IMG/VR virus record: IMGVR_UViG_3300027887_000007
Span: 32,001-96,000 of that record
DNA: 64,000 nt
Origin: a virus
Direction: 5' to 3' (one strand)
In this document: one piece after another, positions 17,301 through 23,505 of the stretch
Layout: the number at the start of each line of letters is the position of its first letter
Numbering within the stretch: the first letter of the stretch is position 1
Program-made: the position numbers and the translations under genes
The notes under the pieces: model-generated
What the model was told of the DNA's origin: nothing
Databases searched by the model: none
The model's input: only the letters and a program-made list of their open reading frames with translations

Positions 17301-20178
17301 TCCGGATCATGGGAGGAGCCTTGTCCCCCTCGCGCAGCTGCCCAATGAGTGGGAGGTTGATCTCCCGCAGGACATCCCCCATCCGCTCTTCAAACCACTC
17401 ACCGATCAGCCCGTGCCAAGCCATCTTCTGCTTGAACTTGTTGAAGAAATCGTCGAGCGTCCTAGTGGGGTCGCGTTTGAGCCAGTCGTAGACGATGGCT
17501 GACTTCAACGCGCCAAGCTTGTTGATCAGGGGCAGCTTGGCGAACTGCTTTACCCAAGGCTCGATGGCTTCTTTGAGTGCCTTCTGAGCGTATTCACCGG
17601 GAAGGCCCATGCGCTCAGTCCAGTTCTCAATGACTTGCTGAGGTAGAGCCTTTACGAGGGCCGGCATGAAGTCGTCGTCCCATCGCTCCAACTGGTCGCG
17701 CAATCTCTGAAGGTTGCTGGGGTCGCCTATTTGGGTGGGCAGTTGGTTCTCAAGAGTCTGCTGGAGTAGCCTCTGCGGCATGACAAGCGTATGCACGGTA
17801 GCCGCCGCAGCGGAAGTAACGGCGGTTCTCGCGGCCTTCATCGCCGCTTTCCCTGTGACCTTCTCGCCGAGTATCGTTGCTTCCTTCTTGGCTAGATTCT
17901 CAACCGCTCTCCCGGCTACCTTCTTGGCAACCCTCTCCATGGCCTGGTCGAGCAGAAGCTTCGTCCCCGTGTACGCCCCCCCGGTAGTAGCGAACTCCAG
18001 CGCGTAAGCAGGCATGTTGGCCGCAATCTCAGCGGCGCCATAGAGGAAGGTCGTGTCTCTTCGGCCCTCCTCCTGTTCCTGTAGAAATCCTTCTATGACT
18101 TGAATGTCATGCGGGGTCTCCCGGTTGTCTCTGATCGCACGGGCGGCCTCGAGGATTTCCAGAGAGTGTGCGGCATCGAAGAGGGGTCCGACAAACGGGG
18201 TCAGCGTCAATGCCTTGCGGGACGGCTCGAACCTGCTCAGGTTCTCGTTGTACTCGAACATCTCCGCTGCGAATGTCTTCAGATCCTTCGGCCCGGTCCC
18301 CTTAGCTTCAGCGTGAGCCCTTTTAATCGCAGCGTCGATACGGCTCTGCCTTCTAGCTTCCGACTCGAACTGCTTTGGATCCATGTCCCCCAGAAGGTTC
18401 TCGATCTGGACGCGATCCCGATTGGCAGTCAACACCGCATCTTCGGGTTTCTGCGTCAGGTCCATCTGTACCGTCTTACCCGGCACAACCCGCTGCGGGG
18501 CTTTCATGGCTTCGGCTAGGATGTCCCTGACGTTCCCCTGCTGAGCCCGCATCATAATTGGGATCATGCGGGGATCCGTAGAAGAAGCCAGCTGTATCCC
18601 TTGCGTGGCGCCGAATGCCTGTAGGTCGTCGATCTCCTTCTTCTTCTGCCGAGCCCGATCCGACACTTCTTTGAGGTCCGCCACGAGGGCGCTGTACCTC
18701 TTCATTTCAGAATCGTTGGTCTGATCCGGACCGTCTGGAAACTCCTTGGCGAGCTGTTCGTCTGACAGCTTCATCTCGTCGACTATTGCCGTGAGCTCCT
18801 GATAGGTGGAAATCAGCTGGCCTGCCAGATCGGTCTCAAGCGTCGGCGGTCCAAGAATGGACTTCCCGGTAAGAATCTCTGCCGGTTTCGAGATGTCGAT
18901 CTTCCCGCCCTCGAACCACGGCTCCCCGGGCTTTACCGGGGCGACGGGAGCCCTGCCCGGAGGTGCCATGTCAGAGGCAAGGGGGGGCTGCTGCGTCATG
19001 TCTACGGCCGGTGGTTGGACCTCCGGCGCGGTCTGTGGGGCCGGCGGCGCTGCTGGAGGAGTACCCGCGGCGACTTGCGGTGGCGCGAAAGGAGTCGGGG
19101 GCTGCGCCAGTCCGGGCTGCGGGACTGGAGGAGGCTCTGTCTTTGCGAGAGACCCGCCCTCAGCTGCCGTTCCGGGGCCAGCGATGCTGTACTCCGGAAG
19201 CTTTCCGCCCTTCATGACGTAGTTCCAGGCGTTCGTGTACGCCCTGCCGCCCTCCACGGGGTCGTGGACCTGTCCCTTGCGCCCGATGTACAGCAAAAGC
19301 TCTAGGCCCTCGAGGCCGAGCTTCTTCCCCTTTTCGTACCAAGGCTTCAGATACTTCAGTGACTTCGGGATGACGTAGTCAGGATCGAACTGCAGGTCGA
19401 TGGGCTCGCCCGTCCCCATGCCACCCGGTTCGTTCCACTGGAAAAGACCGCGGCTAGTTCGACCTTTCCCGCCGTCGTTCTGTCTGACCGCTTTCGGGTT
19501 TCCACCAGACTCGCCCATGATGATTGCTCTGGTGATCTCCCTCGGGATTCCGTACTGATCCGAGTATCGGTCGGCCTTTTCCCAGACCGTCTCTTCCTTG
19601 GGCTGCGTTACTGCGCCGGGGATCTTCTGCCTCTGAACCGACGGTACGAACGGTACCGGCGCCCCGAGCTGAGGCGGCGGCGTAAGGGAAGGCTCTTCCT
19701 GCGGTTTAGCGGCAGGAGCCGGCTTTGGAAGAGCTTCCTTGGGTGTCTCTGTGGTTGGGGATCCCAGCGGCCCTGTGACGTCTGGCAACTTGGATTCGAT
19801 CCACTGCCCCCACCCCTTGATCCGCTCGCCAAGGCTCTTTTCGGGCGGTGCCTTTGGCTTGTGTTCCTCGTCCCACTTGGCGTAATACTCTTTCCACGAG
19901 TTGTAGTCTCTGCCAAGTACGTCGTCCTGCACGTCCTTGGGAGCCTTGGCGAACCGCTCAGGTTCGATGATATTTAGCAGGTGCCGCCTAGCCCCCGGCG
20001 TCAACCGATGGAACTCCTCGTTCAGCAGGAGATCCCTTCCCCGCTTGTACTTCTCACGGAAAAGCCTGTTAGCCTCCTCTCGAGATTCCTGTGGCTTTAC
20101 CGACTGGACGCCGCTGGAGAACGTACTGTCTTCCTGCGAGGGATCTAGCTCCTGCGGGTCAACCGGCTGCGTAGCCAT
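2320..20178 (-). CDS. Giant (5952 aa) polyvalent ejected/internal virion protein, DarB-like: SLT transglycosylase, GHKL ATPase, zincin, N6-adenine DNA methyltransferase, strawberry-notch SF2 helicase, second zincin, LPD38-like C-terminus
   Basis: IMGESGGNP..SRGLFQ (~19500); REMLQNSVDA/DNGIGM/GGFGIAK (~13100-12870); HELVH (~11770); QQFSTPP/LEPSAGTG/NPPF (~10850-10570); GDGTGVGKGR/DESH/SATG/QFFGRAHRSNQ (~9550-7890); HEAGH..EGFAEY (~5490-5345); C-terminal YQELPWWLKD..PIPKPF..LLENYFNHSFFTGR. Follows the ejection-protein genes. Confidence 0.88.
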   Translation of the reverse strand: MATQPVDPQELDPSQEDSTFSSGVQSVKPQESREEANRLFREKYKRGRDLLLNEEFHRLTPGARRHLLNIIEPERFAKAPKDVQDDVLGRDYNSWKEYYAKWDEEHKPKAPPEKSLGERIKGWGQWIESKLPDVTGPLGSPTTETPKEALPKPAPAAKPQEEPSLTPPPQLGAPVPFVPSVQRQKIPGAVTQPKEETVWEKADRYSDQYGIPREITRAIIMGESGGNPKAVRQNDGGKGRTSRGLFQWNEPGGMGTGEPIDLQFDPDYVIPKSLKYLKPWYEKGKKLGLEGLELLLYIGRKGQVHDPVEGGRAYTNAWNYVMKGGKLPEYSIAGPGTAAEGGSLAKTEPPPVPQPGLAQPPTPFAPPQVAAGTPPAAPPAPQTAPEVQPPAVDMTQQPPLASDMAPPGRAPVAPVKPGEPWFEGGKIDISKPAEILTGKSILGPPTLETDLAGQLISTYQELTAIVDEMKLSDEQLAKEFPDGPDQTNDSEMKRYSALVADLKEVSDRARQKKKEIDDLQAFGATQGIQLASSTDPRMIPIMMRAQQGNVRDILAEAMKAPQRVVPGKTVQMDLTQKPEDAVLTANRDRVQIENLLGDMDPKQFESEARRQSRIDAAIKRAHAEAKGTGPKDLKTFAAEMFEYNENLSRFEPSRKALTLTPFVGPLFDAAHSLEILEAARAIRDNRETPHDIQVIEGFLQEQEEGRRDTTFLYGAAEIAANMPAYALEFATTGGAYTGTKLLLDQAMERVAKKVAGRAVENLAKKEATILGEKVTGKAAMKAARTAVTSAAAATVHTLVMPQRLLQQTLENQLPTQIGDPSNLQRLRDQLERWDDDFMPALVKALPQQVIENWTERMGLPGEYAQKALKEAIEPWVKQFAKLPLINKLGALKSAIVYDWLKRDPTRTLDDFFNKFKQKMAWHGLIGEWFEERMGDVLREINLPLIGQLREGDKAPPMIRIFTDPMSAKAEAIDDFLYQFGQEIAAFSVPTAVKGAIYALERGMRRAPAKAETGNPHGVTDEVMRVLRYSGFKDEEIAQWNILELRQVLVGVLDKHKGVLPTVPAPTPPAETPPPAAPEGGVPPVEGGVPPVEGGVPPVEGGVPPVEGGVPPVEGGVPPVEGVPPEPAPPVPTPNQIDFAVARIGREREDLILNIDRASERSRVESQIEWLGQASDTLSQYRDNPVSPVPQEVLDLMDAAGPSDWIRRQLEPNEPVGGPSDEQIKAAAEWWDNKDPNLRLTIAQEIGTHLDETGNPIPAEVLASIDSSTLPESALLAIERSYRAIYGTFVPPTSANTPYPGDAVMTAAVARVSEIMGRLGLDPDRISRRLFGKEFSQLELSEVERLERGLLPKTVAPQEPGLTKPPETREAATPADSVLVGMLHGLDEMEVQAWLDRRMTEIMEAQPLAGDESARMQAEGEIVAQGHTILAVMEEGDQLVTTDGLKYQRVGQSLYHVLENGKIGAFAGAIYGYDHDQNGELIYDPTTGEAKYVFQANDNLGYLAAKSKIVRKPIEGAPVGEPPPPETTEAPPTATQPTLPEDPDTIKLQLANLANGSRNAVFIAASTMAKLTDEEKDSLELWNIMPPLRLVDISDHPKVEDGFLVYRSDSYSEDDISSMLDAGKLYELLGIVAPKDADADAGVIVWAVNPDGTMTVAGHAVVPRWDVPRQVQAFRNEFNAKEGKPLTPIRIHVGTAEEIAAMVSEAAQGGLPGPPPESENAPPSQKLEPHQMTREQYDASDYPQHEDPTVLERGLDDLRMTLVHQVAPKFLRPENRGLYTFKYRNTITSMEDEMHLLGGWVREGLLDSEIELAEWFELWHNKVDQLFNDPAIDERDISPDELALTKDVAHQAVRNFALAVEEAQFHNELYDDHHFKAVEEALSIGREVPQQVLDEYPILRDGNFLGFDLPLGFEELAQFAAKRFPKAQQEAWEQYVANPWHGHEPTGSSLFEFLSNVFSSYGISPRKLKKVLDAYRESKPEGEQRPTTPVNTKPKPGHPLPDLPDAPEELHNSWAVQNRLRVLGFTEAQIHMMTPQQAYDFAAGEIVAQPSTEIGNISLYTVHEDNEANFRVYDSSGVESAGPFSTPKEADEVRESLQETLNEILGQAGVGTKPPETTTPEGPTEEIEYESTEQEEVLLAIREENEDPDRPTFLDTFEVDLEKGHYFVASGHEAEILLQALYDKSKQYDNKKDWKLHQGADELIEKHIAHFNLQDSEIVKKNRGPILKKRKKTTITPPPPTEEKKGPEITPPPTTPPTEEVKGEDLKKVLTGGLGSDDLAKLKGAFGTKPPGALPDAKAVKDAFEWMRDQGYLPPRATMEIVKDAQGREWAVQKMDGRAQYILGVKTYEGSDLTEIALREMLQNSVDALRGIRDGRKGTIGVTVKAERGQKPTIKIVDNGIGMSKATMGTFFVEPFASLKFDENGEVLENSSGGFGIAKVAIYGSADTIRVSSVNFNPETRRWEETWFEGTGDDFQTKGFLLNSVVPTTKRKAGTEIEITLNKPSPYPALLKQWCKDWLGRNRLPEFDINFLFNESPVIPAEFGEWTKLSEIGDRNFSGDIYYQPGVHKKVGYVNVHTLVNGFSTFEKTYRLDEDLDLPPELVIDIHPKADPAHKDLVYPLAMNRNDFSKSTDALVFEWIKNTLIVKAAAAERQKTDDIVYKGYNVGSTRFKVVDSNEDQLPPDVVKAISSDPIVQKTIELTAACFEELQKRTAVLHPDHADRIMKAKFHGYGLGSSYNGIIFHGDLKAFGEDHDPSKPYLILLNLHNLVHAGTHFEKSGLLSRDEAITVHCTRILSTLIEHELVHTVHWNHEKDFAAFMQDIRTSLVPEETKWRGILTAHFKANGYAATTAFRRYFDLLSAPRGATGDLLGKIGSSDGVPRLVHARPEVLSAMDERSGGGPEAVLGMDTGVQGGDSSGLASIADMGGSRPGHISSLDPATRKNLVLLGAHFYREHSVKEEWAEAVIANSAEWVRPYLDQVYQMVENYARIMGFRRPEAPPPPPPETQTKQEQYRNLVAKVRAAILAGESFNNRKLQAMANEVFGGQRGEGKYELRDMYDAFEAGVSAAIEMSNIVDFGNPIETLMALMELQSRLAVQSDRTMEQIDLQQFSTPPAQAFVAAYALGIASGPMSALEPSAGTGMLATMLRIRGAQVTANEIDERRLQMLQIRGFTTTDVDALHINTTGTAVSDLRPNLVLMNPPFSAGPTGKNTAHGARHIMQALQKLSPGGRLVAIIGEGMARGKDKFVGWWGEVDQKYTVRADIGLAGKFYQKMGTSFPQRLLVIDKIGPLPKGAEIVTGEECSPSEAAVLLAKIAEDDIYGRTTERSQPPSLPPPPTPPTPPGEPPTGEGTGGGSGGGGGRGGTSRGGRPGGRGGASGGGGGGVHAPGTRGEGNPPAPPRPPGPGEPGPEDTEGVGPRGGNEPPVEPQPPPADIKIVTTDRKMGEEESAVYVRYQVRKALYEGVTPHPAPLIESGPQASVDFPDVKVKLNLPEDVFHPPPVPEGEEPLGLSDAQLECVTFAVQALNDLTKDGRHYGFWIGDGTGVGKGREIAGIIYHYLRETGNKRALWLTATSQLLESAQRDINRVMVPMKTIHLNDPRYADEAPVTDDGILFTQYSTASIGWGSDPKRFRQIVDFLTPRTKKILEAGDFWTNPETGLSERIPSSMVGKEVEVKGDPKDFDGVIVFDESHKMKNAIPDDGSHSGSTGGTNAGKMGGELSKVFPKARIVYVSATGATKPSNMGYMDRLMLWGAEGSPFKTFDDFTEAMRAGGLQSMEMLARDLKAVGLFISRSLSYGGPDAEPWEKVEYGYVDHQLNEFQVEQYNNAASLFSELVQAMEWAEKNAHQRHDQTRFSVYYSMQQRFFLQLMTTYQIGSMFEKVDECLAQGMAPIINILSTNETLMEEIVTERKAAGKSLDDIDLGPRQMVRRFIEEYFPTEEFDVSRDPMTGKLEHIPTGEQNQANVEKQQELLALCDSLVLPDNPIDLIGQHFGGWSRISEISGREHRLENGQHVSVKPDGLKLTKGDTKNNWELRRFQKGETDVLVITAAGNAGISAHASRAAVNKKRRVMFCAQLSWSADQQMQFFGRAHRSNQASAPMIYLVRTNVRGQERLINAVSRRLASLGAFTQGHREALAGSLFNIEDFTDAYGKAACMHTVADLMAGNFYHPDMSGQEILTKLGYVRKDKQGKLHLRPTAGRNPENFLNRIMVLPVTVQNAVFDYFYATYTRLVQAAKEAGRFDEGVSKIRATEIDIKGAEHLYTDPRSGAETQLVEMEGSFESPRQQFEDLPRSAGMLGFYTNKRSGMIYAAYTWIDPQDGSRYVDLRSVKFRRERVPLEEFQKNYAKEDIEPAPGALRVAQDPNAPNQKAPIRWSNPKDETRYYEIIEHEEKRAAQGLPKPPRSLEEREAVERMEGEAPPLLGRITVPLWGIERARTLWNMELASIPKTFRAPIYMVTGAIFPVYDKIMGDNGLRHVRVVRAILKDGSGIIGFQVQANEITALKQRLGLGTELKAETGTSLFHMIRSGANVQLTNNWQIYMCDPIHGERRMEINMSRAYKESLVAQLREWGAIVEVIKTPGGSMRPRAFIPLDENDGPKLLDKIIEKYPADRVISTGTADPTTPPGSAGGGSGPSPLMPYDQGDGKKSIDLGLEMEPPTDNFQAAKGAQFWVEQAMESAKRIIDGIGDVSDQRMVHKAPIMAQRLLNWIQTNDLDQWLLEGNTVLDVTTEVKNHILESRKYDEVQAKIEANAYMPHLLRMQQELDQITGKEGISDPNGPTLSLEEGPVSGATTVPLLPPPSAMASTPPVLPPVAGSTAFQPGPNPQKLSRKDLVTKHKILKDLTKALNVPMRFGRFRMKALGIYKPRAEVIRLRKKLGGVGEKPGDLGPLNVAFHEAGHHINKLLWGLSKGDLNYSALAPFATELEPLATKPRAGGSKIPEGFAEYVRLWVTQNPVARASAPSFTQFFERTLDLNPDVKKALTTARDDFIRWAAQPASAKILAHISFDAPIYETNWWSGLYTKVINHLNPLNKVVKRIEKEAGKKLADLKVEDPHLLARLRAGWVAKADQFLNVDTFDPINLSPTGDGFRAILEPVRDRLDDLRICAIALRTLEKKGLQGREVGITLDEARSSLQLQGFDPRTLQPITPEAAMIWNALQGMYDYQDRLLRYYADSGMLERSYDPNHPGPYEKIKKMNKFYVPFHRLYEAGIGEKSGGSKGMAGEGVGNLWQPGSLKKFTGSWLPILDPLETIIKNTYTMINLADRNRVAQALYSLSQLDGAGWVAEPVPPDMRPTSFTLSEIRGALEAAGFNLSDPDIDLDAIATVFRPIKAPSPKENIITVHVRGKVKLLQLNPELYNAVQGLDVEEVNVLMRVLAVPAKILRLGATGINPEFTPKNILRDAATAFMQTSLYSKKHPLGFVPGWHSLMGLWHVFKRDDLYHEWIRGGGAHAAMISLDRDHIRQQLTDLVTHPILTAIKPRKWIDSLRVLSELSEEMTRVAVYKLARDKGMPIREAALESREATLDYSRMGAKMLSISMTHAFWNAAVQDIDKFGRTIKERPYESAIKGSALALISVLLWSVNKDDEKYQELPWWLKDSCWLFPTKGTSLYKVTPYVPIPKPFLWGYVFCNTAERMCEWIHRRDKSAIDEFLTNTFTQVLPAVPFAQATGIMPLLENYFNHSFFTGRMIETPHMQLLEPEDRAEWYTSKAAVTTSKAIAKIYHEMTKVFGEDIFDFRVSPVKLENLMFGYTAGAGRIVTREVVDRLIPDSGPTDPTPKMVDVSLARTFGVRYPSGGLVSLQKLQKRLQRLEMRYQSFREGIKNPGSVSAPQLTDDEWAEYATLKAAGEIIRLYHGQVRMVINSRRPEATPERKRKDIDAYYLSMLAMARSALKAADAIKAGRAKGLTQDQIGHELEKLKEEELRLAPSLKWPEDEAVPASQENALPSPPPM
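9873..10217 (-). CDS. Candidate nested gene (114 aa, +1 frame) inside the methyltransferase-helicase linker of the giant protein
   Basis: GAGGA RBS then ATG GCC GTA CAA CTG. Globular-looking Leu/Glu-rich sequence with genome-like codons (CTC/CTG/GAG/GTG), while the main frame is low-complexity Pro/Gly with A/T-ending codons. Confidence 0.65.
   Translation of the reverse strand: MAVQLSEANRQASLLLQHLQLPPGNHPLVKALVAALEVEEGEEVLLEADDLGGEEGLQAVGEVAFTRPELVEREILRLLPDLPVPVNPDPRTLKVWGLEVATNLLSNLNLLPPT
11379..11528 (-). CDS. Candidate nested gene (49 aa, +1 frame) inside the zincin-methyltransferase linker of the giant protein
   Basis: MPDLKSFLQWMKDQGEDPKQYWEWIREYREETHPDWPPLPTWEEVDPVT. Hand count: G/C third positions about 34/49 in this frame versus about 19/49 in the main frame. 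Weak RBS. Confidence 0.5.
   Translation of the reverse strand: MPDLKSFLQWMKDQGEDPKQYWEWIREYREETHPDWPPLPTWEEVDPVT
16811..16947 (-). repeat. 21-nt coding tandem repeat encoding (GGVPPVE)x6
   Basis: Repeated ccttctactggaggaacaccg / ccttctactggggggacgccg units on the + strand, with no spacers. Confidence 0.9.
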
Positions 20179-20191
20179 CTATCAGGCTCTC

Positions 20192-21967
20192 CTACTGAAG
20201 ATCAGCTTTGGGGGTAACGGGCTTCTGAGCGCCACCCTTGGTTTCTTTGTCGACAAACTTGTTTGCTTTTTCCTCGTCAGTTGGGGCGGGTTTCCCCTCC
20301 TGCATGGCCATCAACGTATCCAAGTCTGGGAAATTGTTGTCTTGCAGGAACTTGTCGACCCCCTTCCTGACCTCACGCTCGAGTCCCGCTGGATCCGTGG
20401 CGGCAAGTCGCATGAGCTGGAGCGGACCAAGCTGCTCATACGCATTAGCGTGAGCTGCCCGTATGACCGAAAGCCGCTGCGCGAGCGTGATCCTCTTGCC
20501 ATTCAGGATCTCGTTCTTTATGGTCTGAGCTTCGTTCATGAGCTTGGTTCTCTCGTTGCGGAGAGAGGCGTAGGTAAGGTCTAGCTCCTGCTTCCCGACC
20601 TTCGCTTTGATACCGCGGAATCGCTGGTCGGCCAGCTGGTGTCGCGCCTCTTCAACGGATACTCCGTAGTTCGCAGCGTATTGAGCCGCGTCCGCATTCT
20701 CTTTCTGGAACTGAGTTTGGGTTGCGGTCGTAAGTGATGCCGGGTAAGGATCTCCTACGTTTTCTCCGGCTGCAGTTGTGGGTTGAAACATCACAACGCC
20801 GCTTGTCGGATCGAGGTACGTTTTGCCCTTGCCCGGACGGTCCCACGGATCGTAGCTGGTACCGGCTAGTGAGAAGCCTTTTCCGGTCATGATGTTGGCT
20901 GTGATTTGCGCCCTCTGTTGCTCTGAGAGCTTGTTCCATCCGTCGCCCATCTCCTTCTTTAGGTCCTCGAGGTCTTGGCGGGCGTACTTCCGCTGTATCT
21001 CGCGGGCGGCGTCTGCCTTATCGGTGGCATCCTGCATTTCCAGTCGTGTCTTCGTCCAGTTCCACTGACTCGGGTACCATTCTGGCTTTGGCGGCATGGC
21101 CGCTGCCAGCCGGGTAATGCTTGCCTTCTGTTCCTGTCCTGCCGGCGTCTGCCCACCGGCTTGTCCCGCAGGCGGTTGTCCCGTGGGCGCTCCCGGCGGC
21201 TGACCCTGTCCTTCCCGCGGGGGCGCTGTCATCTGTGTCGGGACGGTCTGCGACTCAACCTGTCCCATGGTCGTCGGCTGGCCGTAAGCAGGCCCGCCCT
21301 CGCGGGCCATCGGACCTTCGCCCGCGAATCCTTGGGTCGTCCTTCCGCCGCGGAGCGCGGTATCCACTCCTCCGGTAGGACCCATGGTCGTTGGTCGACC
21401 ATAGATCGGAGGTTGCGACTGCCCCCGGCCGGCCAGCGGCCCGGCATTCGTAAACCCCGTGGTCATCACTGGAGTTGATGGACCAGCTCCGGGTTCCATC
21501 GACGCCATACCCGGAGTCATGCTCTGCTCTGGCGGCGGCGTGTTAATGCTTTCCGGACGCCCCTCCGGCTTGGCCGGCTCTTCGGGCGGCTTTGATAGCC
21601 CGGTCCCCGGCTGCCCGGCCATTTGTGTCACAGCGCCGGCCCTGTCTTGAGGAGAGGATGCGCCCTTCCCCTTGCTACCCCCCCTACCGATTCCGAGAAG
21701 AAGCCCGACCTTCGCCAGCCCGCCGACCTTCTGATTGATCGCTTTCTCGGCGTCAAATGCGGCCTGATGTGCTTGCGCCTCTAGTTCTCTGGCCAGATCG
21801 TCGTTAGCCATCGGGCCTTTGGCGCGTTCCATCTGGGCGTGTTTCATGTAGTCGTCAGACGCCCGCATGAGCGTGTCAAACTGACGCTGCCGTTCCTGAT
21901 GGCGTTGGGCGATGGTATCCTGATAGCCCTTCATGAATCCGCCGAAAGCTTCTCCCCATCCGGGCAT
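20192..21967 (-). CDS. Ejection/internal virion protein (591 aa)
   Basis: N-terminal GEAFGGFMKGYQ amphipathic segment, disordered Pro/Gly/Gln middle, helical C-terminus; directly upstream of the giant protein. Confidence 0.6.
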   Translation of the reverse strand: MPGWGEAFGGFMKGYQDTIAQRHQERQRQFDTLMRASDDYMKHAQMERAKGPMANDDLARELEAQAHQAAFDAEKAINQKVGGLAKVGLLLGIGRGGSKGKGASSPQDRAGAVTQMAGQPGTGLSKPPEEPAKPEGRPESINTPPPEQSMTPGMASMEPGAGPSTPVMTTGFTNAGPLAGRGQSQPPIYGRPTTMGPTGGVDTALRGGRTTQGFAGEGPMAREGGPAYGQPTTMGQVESQTVPTQMTAPPREGQGQPPGAPTGQPPAGQAGGQTPAGQEQKASITRLAAAMPPKPEWYPSQWNWTKTRLEMQDATDKADAAREIQRKYARQDLEDLKKEMGDGWNKLSEQQRAQITANIMTGKGFSLAGTSYDPWDRPGKGKTYLDPTSGVVMFQPTTAAGENVGDPYPASLTTATQTQFQKENADAAQYAANYGVSVEEARHQLADQRFRGIKAKVGKQELDLTYASLRNERTKLMNEAQTIKNEILNGKRITLAQRLSVIRAAHANAYEQLGPLQLMRLAATDPAGLEREVRKGVDKFLQDNNFPDLDTLMAMQEGKPAPTDEEKANKFVDKETKGGAQKPVTPKADLQ

Positions 21968-21969
21968 AA

Positions 21970-22314
21970 CTACCTCCTGCTGGCCTTCCGGCTCGGCTTA
22001 CGGGCTTTTGTCAGGCGTTGGACCTTTGAGACGATTTCGGACGGGATAACAACCTCTCCCTTGTGCAGCTTGTACGCCCCGGTCTTGTTGATGCGTCCGC
22101 CCTTGCGTTTTTCTGGGAGAGGTTCCCGAACCACCCGAGAAGGAATCACGGGACCCTCTTGACCCTCCGGCAAGGGCTCCATGGCTTCCTGAGAGTATCT
22201 ACTACCACCCTTGCCGATAGCCTTTTTGAAGCGATCGACGAGGCTCCCGCCCTTTTCTTTTGCCGCGAGACCGGCCGCGGCGCCGCCGGCTAGTCCACCG
22301 AGAAATGCGCCCAT
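21970..22314 (-). CDS. Small ejection-region protein with glycine zipper and KGG..TG..LHKGE.V motif
   Basis: MGAFLGGLAGGAAAG; RKGGRINKTGAYKLHKGEVVIP; basic tail; paralogous to 44041-44376. Confidence 0.65.
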   Translation of the reverse strand: MGAFLGGLAGGAAAGLAAKEKGGSLVDRFKKAIGKGGSRYSQEAMEPLPEGQEGPVIPSRVVREPLPEKRKGGRINKTGAYKLHKGEVVIPSEIVSKVQRLTKARKPSRKASRR

Positions 22315-22332
22315 AACGCCTCCGATATTGGA

Positions 22333-22848
22333 CTACATCATTGCCACAAGGGAACCGACACCCTGGCCGATACCGGCCGCGTTCTGGGCCCCGAGCTGGG
22401 CGAGGTTGGTGTACATGCCGCCCGCACCTTGGAACTGATTGCCGGCTCCTCCCATCGCCCCGATTCCAGACTGGGTTCCGAACTGGGAGAAGGCGCCAAG
22501 GCGTGTCAGGGCGTCGGACCAAGCTGCATTTGCCATACCGGTTTTGGCTCCGGCCTCAGACAGCCTCATGTCTCGCATACTGATATCGCGCAGACCACCC
22601 GGCGGGAGCTCGTTTTTGATCTTGTTGTAGCCGACACCGAACTGGCCTGTCGCCTGATTCATGGCGGGGGCCATCGCCCGCTGCATACTCTGTCCGCCCT
22701 TTACGATGTCGGACCACGTTCCGCCGGCAAGCTTCCGATAGGGCGAGGTCTCACCCCAGAGCTCCTTCGCCATCCCGGTCATTTCCTTGCCGATGTTGGC
22801 AACGCTCTCGGCCTGAATCCGGGCCGCGCCCATATCCCCTTTACCCAT
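22333..22848 (-). CDS. Small ejection protein (P22 gp7-like position)
   Basis: Starts MGKG; Gly/Ala/Gln/Met-rich; C-terminal glycine zipper; follows the GNAT gene. Confidence 0.6.
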   Translation of the reverse strand: MGKGDMGAARIQAESVANIGKEMTGMAKELWGETSPYRKLAGGTWSDIVKGGQSMQRAMAPAMNQATGQFGVGYNKIKNELPPGGLRDISMRDMRLSEAGAKTGMANAAWSDALTRLGAFSQFGTQSGIGAMGGAGNQFQGAGGMYTNLAQLGAQNAAGIGQGVGSLVAMM

Positions 22849-22850
22849 GG

Positions 22851-23456
22851 CTAGCTCCTAAGCCCGGAGAAGTAGTCTTCAGACGTAAGCTGGGAGACTA
22901 CCCCGGCACATACCTTGCCCTCGTACGTGGTGTAGCGAGGGATCCGGCAGATTTCCTTGAGGCCAAGCCTCTTTACGAAGAGCAAAGCCGCACGGTTAGG
23001 CTCCGGCGTAAGCCCAACCAGCGTGTGCAACCCCAGAAGGTTGAACCAGTAGTCGAACAGGATTTCGTGGCACGGATCGGTGTAGGCCGGCTTCTGGTAG
23101 TTCTTGAAGAACAGGAACGATCCGATCGCCTTGTTGAGCGTCCCGCCGCAGCAGTTCTGTGTCTCTGACAGCCACGCCATTCCAACGACGTCAACTACGC
23201 TGTCCGTCTGCTCGTCCATCAGCGCAAAAACGCTGAGGAAGGTTCTGGGGCTGGACATGAAGTTCATGAACTGCAGGAGAGTCATCTCCGGGTTCTCGTG
23301 AAACACGATCTCCTGCAGACCGTCTTGGTGAATTCTGAAGTACAGATCGACTAGGCCCTGCTGCGATGTCGACCCGTCATCTACCCTGTACGGGACCAAC
23401 GTGAAGTGGCCCCGTCTGAACTGAAAATCCATCTTCTCGGCAACGGCTCCTTGCAT
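22851..23456 (-). CDS. GNAT-family acetyltransferase-like protein
   Basis: LHTLVGLTPEPNRAALLFVKRLGLKEICRIP is a RimJ/RimL-like C-terminal motif; usual position before ejection genes; start MQGAV after GGAGGGGAG. Confidence 0.7.
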   Translation of the reverse strand: MQGAVAEKMDFQFRRGHFTLVPYRVDDGSTSQQGLVDLYFRIHQDGLQEIVFHENPEMTLLQFMNFMSSPRTFLSVFALMDEQTDSVVDVVGMAWLSETQNCCGGTLNKAIGSFLFFKNYQKPAYTDPCHEILFDYWFNLLGLHTLVGLTPEPNRAALLFVKRLGLKEICRIPRYTTYEGKVCAGVVSQLTSEDYFSGLRS

Positions 23457-23484
23457 ATCTCCCCTCCGGCAAAATCCCGTCACT

Positions 23485-23505
23485 ACCGTAACATATTGAA
23501 GTCAA
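23485..23505 (-). promoter_or_regulatory. Putative promoter motif TTGACT-N9-TACGGT
   Basis: AT-rich intergenic gap upstream of the GNAT/ejection genes; same architecture at 44014 and 62809. Confidence 0.4.

Noticed and set aside
2320-20178. Tape measure protein or virion RNA polymerase
   Set aside because: No tube or sheath genes, and no recognisable RNAP catalytic motifs; the motifs fit a DarB-like polyvalent protein.
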